DNA from: Candidatus Omnitrophota bacterium
Lineage (GTDB): Bacteria > Omnitrophota > Gorgyraeia > Gygaellales > Profunditerraquicolaceae
Length of the DNA: 64,000 bases
Direction: 5' to 3'
Assembly (NCBI GenBank): GCA_043812955.1
Contig: JBDRLN010000018.1
Location: forward strand, 13,849 to 77,848
Under the pieces are notes generated by a model, which searched no databases, was not told where the DNA came from, and saw only the letters and a program-made list of their open reading frames with translations. The first letter of the stretch is position 1, and each line of letters starts with the position of its first letter. Of the stretch, positions 47,001 to 59,000 are shown piece after piece. The position numbers and the translations under genes were made by a program.

Positions 47001-50000
47001 ATTCGCGCGGAGAATATTTCATAAGATAAACCGGTACGGAAATCCTGTCTTTCTCCCAAAATGTTGCCGTGCCCCTGACTACCTCCTTCATTTGCGGGAA
47101 AAAGCTAAACCATTTTTCAGCGGTAGTAAGTAAAAACCCGTTATTTTCAAGCCAATCAAGCATATTACTGGCAATGATAAAAGTCCGAATATGGCCGATT
47201 GGTTTTTGTTCTTTTTCAATCAGGTATTCATAAAAATTATAAAGAATAGCGTAAAACTTCTCCTCCCTTGGAACATCTAGTCGAATATCAATAAATTTAC
47301 GCACATCCTCTTTTATCTGATAAGTCCCCTCTTCTCTTAAATCAAAATAGCGCTTAAGTAGTACCCTGGTTGTCTCGGAGAGATAACGCTCTCTATTTAA
47401 GGTTTTAAAACAATCTACATGATAAATACCTTTTTTTGCTTTATTAAACGCCTTCTTATCGAAATCAAATACCGCAACTTTTAAAATATCGGGGGTAAGT
47501 TCTATTCCTTCCCAGGCCCCGGGATTTTCTCTTCTATCCTCTAGAAGCCAAATGACTACCTGGTGAGCCTCGGCAATAGTGGAAATACCGTATAATTCTC
47601 GTACTGAGCCAAAACTTAAAATTTTAATCTGCTCCCCTGGTTTTGCCTGCGCTAAACGCTTTCTAATTAAAGGAATAACATCTTCTTTAAACAAGCCCAT
47701 TACCTCTTTTCTTTCACCTATACCTACATTAAAGAAGCGATAAGGATACGATACTTCTTCCTTACCCTGAGCCCTCATCTCTTTCGGCACTCCCACTGCC
47801 GATTTTCTTCTATCCTGATTAACCGGCGAGCTAACCGAAAAATTGATTTGGGCTTGAGCGCGCGGAACAATAAATACACTCATATCCCCATAATAATATT
47901 CGGGTGAATCCTGTATTGTTCCAATTACTTTTATTACCTTAAGAATTTCTATATCTTTAGGATCTATATCAATATTTATTTCACTCAATTCATTTAGGCT
48001 AAACCTGCGGCTGTCTTTTTTACGTAAGAGCCAGGCAATCTCTCGGAGCAATTTGCTAAGGCTTTTTCTGTAGGAAATGCAAGAGATAATATCATCGAAA
48101 TCCTTTTCTTCAATCATCGTAAATTTATTGGATAAATTCATAATTGTTAAACAGTTTCTGCCTTGAAGATAAGATCCCCCTCGCTCAAAGGCATTCTTTA
48201 TGTCGTTTGCAGCCGCAGCAAACAAAAGTTTTAAACCATGGATGTCATCCCTGATAGCTAATCCACTAATCCAGCTTAGTTCCGTCTTTACGAGCATCTC
48301 TTCAATATTAGTCAGCCTTATGCTCGCCCTAAGGTCAAAGGCCCGGGCAATATATTTATCCACCGGGAATCTATCTCCTTTTATATTTATCAGGTAGCTT
48401 TTCTGGAATAAGGTGTTTAAAAAATCTTCCGCATATTGATATTCGTTTTTACCGATTAAGGCCTGAATAAGAAAAACATTTACAATAAATTCCCAATTAG
48501 GGGTTACATACTGACGTAATATTTGATCAAATTGAGAAACCTCCAATACCGTCCGATTAAGCTCATCGGCAATATCAAATCCGTGAGCATATAATCTACC
48601 GGACTGAAGAAAATCATCCAAGTAGGCTGCTTTTTCAAAAAGATATGCTACTCTGTCCTCTAGCGTCTGTGAAAACCTGATCGCAGAATTTAAATCTTTT
48701 AACCCCGCCTCAAAGTTACGCATCTTAAGATGGAAAAATGACCTTAAGTGGTAGCCCGCCGGGCATAGATCGATCTCGCCGATGATCTCCTCTGTTTTTT
48801 GAAAAGCCAAGGCAAACAGATCTTCACTCATATCGGCAACTTTTAAGTAATCAAGAATGGGCGCTATATCTTGAGGATCCCATAGAATCAATTCTTTAAG
48901 CCATTCTAAAGCTAATGAATAATTTCTCTCATATATTGCCGTCCCGACTGCATAATTCAACCTTTCCTTATACTTGTCCTCTACGGGCGAGCTGGAGAAC
49001 CCGGATATCTTTTCTAACAGTAGTTTTTCTAGACTATCCTCTTCTCTTAAAAGACTCCTTATCACCTTCTTAGATCTTTTCCTACGGTAGGCATCTGCTT
49101 TCAGGACTTCCTGCTCAGCTTCATCGCGTTTACCGGAAACATCCTCTAGAGTTTTGAGTCTATTTGAAGTATCAGGCGATTTTATCCCCTGCGTAACCTT
49201 TCTTAATTCGCTTAGGAAACCTACCTCTTCAATCATTTTCTTTGGATCGTTTTCTGCCTGCCAATCCTCAACCCAAGACATCTCAAAAAGCAATTTTACC
49301 TTAAAGTGCTTCCATAAAAATTTGTCTACCTCTGCCTTAACTTTATCTAACTGTTCCAGGAGATTTTTTGGATAAGGTAAGACTGTATTCCTTTCTATAA
49401 CTAAGTAAAATACTTCCGGAGGCTGCCTTACAATAGTAACCTGATAACCTAAATCCTGGTTATTGAAGAACCGGTCTAGGGCTAAATTTAACAATAATAT
49501 CAGGGTATTCCCCGCTTTATGGAAAAAGACTCCCTCAAAAGATTTAAAACCAAAAATATTTGATCCATCATTAGCTTTTCTGATTTGTCTGCTGCCTGAA
49601 GCCTTTATCATATTTTTAAGAGTATCCGGGTCATCGCTGGTATAAGCCGGGTTTAGCCTGCAAAGTGAAATATCTTTTTCAGCCTGGATAAGCTGGTCTC
49701 GTAGAATATAATATAAGGCAATACGCATGAATGAAGGATAAAGCTCTTCTCTTTTATAGGGCAGTCTTTTTAAACCCTGCCCTATCTGGGCTGATTCTTT
49801 AAACAATCCAGCTCTCTCTTCCTCAAAATCTGAATCGCCAATGCTTATTTCTGCTTCAGGAATTTCAACCGATTCCTCTATCAAAACATAAGGTTTATTA
49901 TTTTTGGCTATATCCTGAAGCATAGACCCGGCCTTAAGGATATTCTCGACTAATTCATCTATATTATTTTGCGAGGCAAAACTTGCTGCCCTGGCACCGC

Positions 50001-53000
50001 CTATAGGCAATAAAGGAACAGGGACAGGCAAATCAAATTTCCCTCTTAGCTTAAACTTATCTTCGGAATTAACCGCCAAAACTATCCTTTTTAAAGTTTC
50101 TCTCAAAGAATAAAGGCTTCCTCTTTCAAAAAATATAAAATATTTATTCTCTGCCCGGCTACCAACTAACACCGGAAGAATAATGACTTTTTTTACTGAT
50201 TCGGTTTCTTTAAGCTTAGTTATTACGTCCTCACTATTTCCTTTTAATATATCCAAAGACGCTATAGCGTATCTTCCTTTAAAATATTGCATCAGCTCAA
50301 AAAGAATAAGATAGGATATCCTCTCAACCTCTTCCTTCTTATATTTCTTAGGGCTGATACTCAAAATCTCATCGGCAACCAGATGCCTGGTGAATCCGCC
50401 AAACCTTTGCTCAACGCTATCGGCGATCTCTATTGCCTTATTAATTAAAAGATCCATAACCTCCCGGCCAAAGGTATTATTTCTATCGTAGAGTTTTTTC
50501 ATATCGCCAAATTTAACCCAGCAATCGCCCTCCTGCGCCAGGAACTCTTTTAATTCAGTCAGGGCAGTCGGCTTTATAACTCTCTTAAAGAAGGGAATTT
50601 CCTGCTCATAGCCCTCTTCCGCTTCTAACCATTCCACATATTGGCCTATGGCGCAATCTATCTCCTGCCGATACCTCAATTCAATCTCTGAAAGAGTATA
50701 CTTTGTCTTGATGCCATCTATAAAATCAAGCGCTTCTTTAAAAAATTCAAATTCTATTTCTTTTAATTTCTGATAACATTCCGCGGCTTTTTCACCGATT
50801 GTAGAATCAAAATCGTAGTAAGAAAGCTCCTGGAGTTCTCTAAAATAAATCATAACTTCATAGGTATTATCGGAAAATCTTTTGGTAATATCGTAAAGCA
50901 TTGCCACCTGGGGATCTATAAACTCATAATCAAACTCCAGATCTCCGAACTGAATAAGCCCAATACCTTGTTTTATATATTTGCGGTACAGGAGTGTGTT
51001 AATATATATTCTTAATTTGCTGGCAGGAGTAGCTATACTTGCCTGCAAACCATAGTTCTCAATAAATTCAGTATTATTCCTTATCTGCCGAAGGTTACTT
51101 TCTCTTGAGAAATTGATTAATCCAACCCTGACCAATATGCCTATTCCCTTAAGAATCCTTATCGCTTCTCTATTTTGTTCAGGTATTATTCCTTTAGTGA
51201 AATATTTCAACTGGCCAGAATCATTACTCTCAACCCCTAAAAATACTTGCTTAAGGCCTGCCTTTTTCAATAACTCAAACACCTCTCTGCTATCTTCGGT
51301 TACAGCATCGGAACGCGTAAGTATCCAGAAATTTATCCTTAGGCCTCTTTTAATAATTTCATCGGCTATTCCCCTGGCTCTTTCAGGCTGATTACCGATA
51401 AAATCATCATCAACAAAATCTATTCCGGTTATCCCGACTTTTATGAGGTATTCTATTTCATCCACTACTCTTATGGCTGAACGGTGACGCCAGAATAAAT
51501 CCTTGGCCCGAATTAAAGAATTCTCGCGGTTGATACAATGGGCTTCATCAAAAAATTTATGTATGCCGCAAAAGGCGCAAGACCCAGGACAGCCGCGGGA
51601 AGAATCTAACTGGGCTATCTTGGCAAACCTGTCCGTTTTATCATGAACTATTGACCAATCCAAAGGAGGTAATTTATCCAGGTCTTCCGTGGTCAGAACA
51701 TAGCGGGGATTACTGACGATTTCGCCTTGCTGGTTTCTATAAATCACATTTTCTACGCCTTCTAAATCCTGCCTTTCTGATAATTGCTTTATAGCCTTTA
51801 CAAAAGCCAATTCTCCCTCCCCAGCCACAATAAAATCAATATCCGGGAATTCCTTCAAGAAATTGTCTTTGGAAATACTAGGTAAATAGCCACCGGCTGA
51901 GATGAAAAACTTTCTATTGCTTTTTAATTCTTTAGGCAGGAGACTAAGGAAATTTGTAAGATACGCCTTGTCAGCCGGAAATAAGCTTAAACCCAGGAAT
52001 ATCTCTTCTTGCGGATATTTTACCGAAAGAGCTACAACCTTGTTGGCTAAAGCTTCTGCGGATAAATTAAGCTTATTGGCATCAATAAATTCTACCGCGA
52101 TATCATTTGCTTTTAAGGAGGCGCTGATTCTGGCGAGGCCTAAAGGTTTAACGCTTCTAAGGGAGGCGTGATCGGGATTTATTAAGATAACTACGGGGCT
52201 TGAGGATGGCGGCGCATGCGCAAAAAATCCTTTTTTCTCATTCAACAGCTGATTTAAAAATCCCTCTAAAATAGGGGACGTTTCTATTTTCCTTTGCGCC
52301 GGGGAGCTGGATTTTCTGGCAGTAACTAGGTATTTATTCTCTAGGCTTACCTGTGAATAATGATATACTGCGGGATAGTCTACAGGTATATTCTTACCCT
52401 TAAATAATCTAACGCTGGATGCTTCAAAACCAGCCCCTTTTATAATAACAGCTATCTCTTCGGCTTGAAACCCGTTATCCCGGTCATTGTCCACACTCAT
52501 AAACGCAACTCCGCCTCCGAGGCTGCATACCCGTAAAGACTCCTGTAAAGCTTCTTTTATTGATCCCAATCCTACAGTAGGATTAGGATAATTCAAGGTG
52601 ATAAGGTTAAAGGTGCCATCCCGGAATTCAAGACAGGACCAGTTCATATTCCATATTAAAACAAGGTTCTTCTCCGCAGCAAAGCCGGATAATATCTTTT
52701 CACCGTCATTATCAATGCAAGTAAAACGCGCTCTTTTCCCCCACAGCGTATACCTGGCATCCCTGGCAAAATCGCCAAACCCCGCCCCGATGTCTAAACC
52801 CCAGAGCAAACGCAAGCCCGTATACCTAAGAATATGGTTACAAAATTCGGTGAAAATATTCCAGCCTGCTTTGCCTCTTTTAATTTCAATCCGCTGGTTA
52901 ATTACATACGCTGCCTGCCTGATAAACTCCTGCTTACGGGGGTCGCTTTCGCTTGCCAGAAGAGACTCTAACTCTCCAAGGACGCTCCTACCGACTAAAT

Positions 53001-56000
53001 CCACCAAACAAATCATCGCCCGATGGTAAACATATGGCATATCGCTGGATAAAAACAGCTCCAGAAGAATATGTTTAACCTTACTCTTTTGAGTAGAAAC
53101 CTCTCTTTCGCAAATAGCCGCAATCGCATCAATTGATTTTTGCCTAAATGAAAACACGGGATAACTGGCAAATCCGGCAAGAGTACTAAAAGAACCAATG
53201 CTACCGCAATGCTTGAGAGCGTTAATAAATTCCAAAGTTAAGTTAAAATATTTAGAGAAATTACCATCTCTATGTATAGCCTCAAGCGCTTTTAATAACA
53301 CCGCCTCTAAACTAAGGTCTACGCCTTTTACTATAGCAATTTTAGGTATAACAACTTCAAGATACTGTAATTTTTTGATATTCATCCGCACCAGCCCGGA
53401 GGGATTCCTTAAAAAATTTTCCAAAACCGGCGAGGCGGAAGTTTTTTGGACATTTTGTCTAAGGAAATCGGCGAACTGCTTTATTAATCTCCCTTCCCTG
53501 AAGAATCCCAGAAAAATTTTTCCGCTAAGCTGATTATCAATATTATCCCCTAACTCAAGGTATTTATAAGCATTGTCTTTACTTAAAATAAAGTAGCGCG
53601 GAGCAAAGCTCAACAGGACAAGATTTGATAACAAACAGGCGGTACGCTTATTACCTGCAGCAAATAGCTTAAGATGGGTTAATTTAACAAAGCATCCGGC
53701 AGCCAGCAAAAACGACGAGTCAGGACCTAAATTATTTCTGTAATTTCTCATAAACCAATTGGCAAACCTCCTGACTGAGCGGGTAGCGCCTTTATGGTTA
53801 ACCTCTCCGGCAGGCCTAATTGCCAGATTTAATTGATTTAAGAACACGCTAAATTCACCCGCATCCTTAAACTTGGTTTCAATATAATTATTAATGAATT
53901 TACATCCAACAATAAATCCGGCAATTATTTTTATATCCGGGCTAAAGTGTTTAAAAAGTAAATTTTTAGCGCCTTGATTAATCTCCGGCCAACTAATTGA
54001 TAATTCGCTAAGCTTATCGAAAACCAATCCTAAATCTATTCTTCCTTTGAGCGAACCCGCAGAGAGCATACTAAAACAAAAATTACTAATCGCGCGCAAG
54101 GTTCTTTCATCTTTTCTCCGTAACGCGCTTTCGTGATCAACGCCTTCAATTCTTCTTACTGCCGGCATGCCAGTATCCTCGGGATCAAAACTGATCAATT
54201 CAGTTATGCCGTCCGTATTTGGGGTAGCTAAATGATCAAATATTTTTCCAATCAGCCCTTTCTTCACTTCGGGAATAATCCTGCCTTCTTTAGTAAAAGT
54301 ACTGATGATTAATGCTTCCCCTTTTCCCCAATGCCTAAGCCTCTTTTGAATATCTTCTAAAAGGGCCGTATTCTCCGGCCTCCCCTTTATAAGCTGGCGG
54401 TGTATTCCCTTGCGAGGATCCCTTATCTTAGCTAAAGAAAGTAAATCCCAAAATAAAGGCATCTGCAACCTCATCCATCGAGATATTCCTTTACTGAAAG
54501 AGAACGCCGGATTAACCAGCACTAATCCATCCACCCCTTTATTTTTTAAAAATTCGCTGTTATAGGAGGCTAAAACCCCTCCGAAACTTTCGCCGATTAC
54601 TATTATCTTAGGATCTTTAGGATAAGGTTGAGTTTCAAAAATTCGCTCCATTATCGGGATAAAAATACTTTGGCTTATATCTTGAATGTTCATGAGTATA
54701 TTCTTTGGCTTAAAGTCAGCGTGAGGAAAAGAGATTACCGCAAATCCCAGCCCTAAAAAATACCTTAAGAATGAATCTTCCTGCCAAGAGATAAGATCGT
54801 AGTAGGGTAGATATAGCTGGCGCATCTTAGGGCGAAAGATAGACCGCAGGAAATTATAGGCATCCAACACCCTCTTACCGTGAACATATATTATAGTTAT
54901 GCCGACAGGGTTAGCCGGCGAGGCTATTCGAAATATAAACTTTTTTCCCGAGACTTCAAATTTATACGGATAAGGTAACGCTTCAGCTTTTTCGCCCTCC
55001 AGCGGCGAGCTACCTAATTTATGGGAGTTGGAGCAGCTACTAATTTTTTGATTATTTTCTTTCCTTTGCGCAATTTCATCCAAAATGGTTAAATTATTCT
55101 TAAAAGAAGGATTTTCTAAAAAGCTCATTTCTTTGGCTTTCATAACTAAAATAGCTGTTAAATCCGGATTTACTGATATATTTTTATAGGCAAACCCGCC
55201 TACACATTCAATCGGCAACCTACCATTAATAAACCAATATTTACCTTTCCTCGCAGGCACAAGGCCTTTTTCTTTCAAGCCAGTCCTGTTAAATAATAAA
55301 GTTACTTCTTTACTGCGTAAATAACGGTCATCATCGTCTTCCCAAGAATCAAATAACCAAACATCTAACATATACCCGCTATTTAAAAATTTTACGAGAG
55401 ACTCTTCGTCGGTGTTATGAAAAAAATATTCGATAGATCTATGTAATTGAGCGCTATTTAAAATACCCCCGTCATTTACCGGCGAGCTGGAAGATTGTTT
55501 CTTGAGTTCATTCCAATCAATTGTTTCCCGGCCTCCGGTTTCTTTAATGGTCAGCAGGTGCTTAGACTGTATTGCTGCTGTAAGAAGGCCGCTCAAAACC
55601 TCAATTCTCTTTATCAAACGCGGCATTACCTCGATAAAGCTCGCAACATCATATGTCTCTTTCAGGGTAGCAACCGTTAACCAAATCATTTGAGCCGTAA
55701 CACCCAAATCCAACGAAGAATCCCAAAGTAACGGCAAATCCCGTTTAGCCTGCTCCAGGAAGCTCGCCTGGCCATTGCCTAAATCTGTTCCGCTTGCCAT
55801 TAATCGAATAGCGTCTTTAATTTCATCGGCGTTTTTCTCGACTTCTTCGCAAAGCGAGACAGATTTAACCTGCAAAACGCTATTCTTAATTCTAACTACC
55901 TGTTTATTCAAACCATCCACAAAGGCCTGGAGTTTAGTAAATTCCTCATCGGAAAGCGGCGAGGCGGCGGAATATGTAATATTGACAATTGGACTGGCTG

Positions 56001-59000
56001 AAAATACGGTAGGGCTTGAAGGAATAACTAAAGGAGATAATTGTGGTTTTGGCCCTGCCCGGGCAGGATTTATCGTATTTGAGTTAAGTAGGGGTAATAT
56101 TATATTTTGCGGATTAATTACATTAACAATTGGGCTACTATTAGCTATGTCTATTGCCAACCGGGTTGCTACTGAAGCGCCGCACGGTCTCTTGGAATAA
56201 AAAGTAGAATTTCTAGATTGCTCTAGCGGCAGATTGGAATGGCTGGCTGCCAATGGACTTGAGCCGGATGAGTTCTTGGAAAGCATACTATTCGTAAGTT
56301 CGAGCTTAATAAATACTGCCTGTTTATCCTCAGCTTGCTCTAAACTATCATACTTTCTTTTTGCGCCAGAATGAACGATGATTTTATAAATCCGCCCTAA
56401 CTTAAATTCCCCTATTGTAAGGCTTGAAATAGGGATATAGGCCACGCCATAATCGCCTTCTTCGCTGATTGTATACATCCAGGGATTACGGCCAAGGTCG
56501 ACATCTGAAATATTACAAATCCAAACTTCATCTTCATCTAACAAACTGACAAAAATGTTTATTCCTGCCTGCGTCTTGGGAAAGATAATTTTTAAAAATT
56601 TATAGCGGCGTAAATCCTTAAATGGTTCATCATTTCCATTTTCATCTTTCGGGCTATTCTTCCAGCAAGAGAACTCTCCATTTTTGGACGCTGTATCATC
56701 AAATCCTTTGGCAATAATTTTTGCCGGCAGAAGAGCTTTAGCTGATTCCCCGCGTGCCACATTAACAATAGCAGGATACTTAAAAGCCACTGCTCCAACA
56801 ATTACGGCCTTTAAAAGCTGTCTGCGGGTTAAGACCTTTGAATTAAATGAATCAGTGCCAAAACTAAGCGGCGAGGCGACGGATGGCGAACTGCTTACAC
56901 GCGCAGGCGAGCTGGCGACGTAAGCGCCCTGAGATTCATTTCCGTAATATTTGCCAAAGGCAAGAATAAAACTCGTCCTTATATTCTCCAGATATCTCCG
57001 GCAGGGCGATAACCAATACTCTTTGTCCCGACTCTGCCAATACTGTTTCTGGGGTGAATCTATCAAAGTTATATAATCAAATTTAAACCCGTTTTCTTTT
57101 AACTTCTTCAGGAAATTATCTATCACTTCAGGCAGGTTTTTTGGATTCACATACTGAAGCGCATCCAGGTCTATACTCAACACACGGTAAATGCGCGGCG
57201 AGGAAATCTTTTCTTCTGGCGGGTGTAACGCAGTAAAACTCAAGGCGGTTTCGGTTATCCTGCGCTGCATTAACACTCTCCCCCCCGGCATATTTTCCTG
57301 TATATCGATAAGAAATCTTCCACTGCTCTTCATATCTACGCTCACCGGCCAATATCCACGACGGGTATTAACCAACATTGCTTCTAATACAATATTATCC
57401 CGGTAGAAGTTACTGCCAGTAATAGGCAAATCATATAACTTCACTAAAGTGCCCTCGATCACCAGAGGACCTATCCATAACCCAGGGGAACGCATTCTGG
57501 CATAATGACGTATTGTCTCTATGTCCGCCGGATTAATAAAGTAAGGGCATTGTTTAAGCTCTCCGTTTAACCAGCGCTCCAGGAGTTCCCGGTGTCGGAA
57601 ATACCGGTCGTTTCGTATGTCAAGACGTTCATTCTCAACCCGGCCTTCGTCAACCCATCTAAAAAATGCCATTTCTTTCGTTTTCTTATCCAGTAGTTCA
57701 TGCAACAATGGCGGAGTAGGAGCCCCCGGATTTCTGTCGTCATGCTGATCCGTGTTGTAAACCACAAAAACACCACCCTCTCTCAGTCTTATTTCGGTAA
57801 GAAGGCCGTATAAAAGATTATGGTCTGCGAAAGAGAATACGGATATCCCATTACATTGATAGAGCTTGATATCATTTCCGTAGGGGCAAGGGAGTTCTAT
57901 GATGCGCTGCGGGTTGTATTCTCTATCTACTGGCCAGGCGGGAATACTGCTAAACCGGTTCAGCAAAGACCGTAACCAACGCCAAGCTTGTAGCGGCGAA
58001 CTAAAGCCTCTTTCTTTAGCCAGCGGCGAGGAGGCAGAATTTATACCAGCTACAAGAATACTTTCTTCAGGCTGAGGGCTTAAAACAATGAATTTTCCTC
58101 TTTCCGGGCCACTGCTTAATATTTTCCCTTTTTGATCAAACTGTTTATTCAAGAAAATAAGGGCATTCTGAGTAAAGTAGGTGCCTTCTTCTAAACCTTG
58201 AATATCTTCAAACCCTGCAAGCGGGAGCTTTTCCGAGAAAACGCTTTCTGCCAGAAGCAAAAAAAACAGCGTCGGTGCTTTTAAGAATACCCGGGAATAT
58301 AAACACGCGCTCATCCCCCTGCGAGGATACTCTGCGCATTTTTCATGCCTTATCGGGTATTTAGAACATCCGGAGGCAAAGATAAGCCCGCCTGCCGATG
58401 AATAATCAAAAACTGCCCGAATAGCCCAGCAAGGAAAATACGTATCGAAATCATTTCCTTTCTTCCCGCGATAAATACCCAGCGCCATTTCTCTTCTAAC
58501 AACCGGGCAATCCCTGCCGTACTCCTTTTTTAAAAATCTTCTTATTTTAGGATAATCGTTGAATCTAAATTTTCCCGGGATATCCTGCTCCAAGAAACAA
58601 CAAAAACTATCTACGCAGCGCCTTCTACCTAATATCTCTGCGAACCTTAAGTCTACCAGGCCTTCTTGGAAGTTTACTCCGGAAAAATTATTTGGCGAAA
58701 AGTTAACCGGCGAACTGGCTTCCTTTTTAATAAGCTCCTGGTTTTTAACCAATTCCGGATAATTAATTATTTTAGGGTTATTTAAATCGGCTAGGAAATC
58801 TTTATATCCCACTACTCTTATCAGGCCCTTTTGGCCCTGATAGCAAGTATTATACATATGCACAATTACTTTTCCCGAGGGATAAAGAAATATACCGATA
58901 CGTGAAATATCTATTGATTTGGTTTCTTCTATCTTAAAATTCTCCTTTAATACATATTTCGTAGTTAGTATTTTTTTAATGTCCGGAATCCTTGATATAT

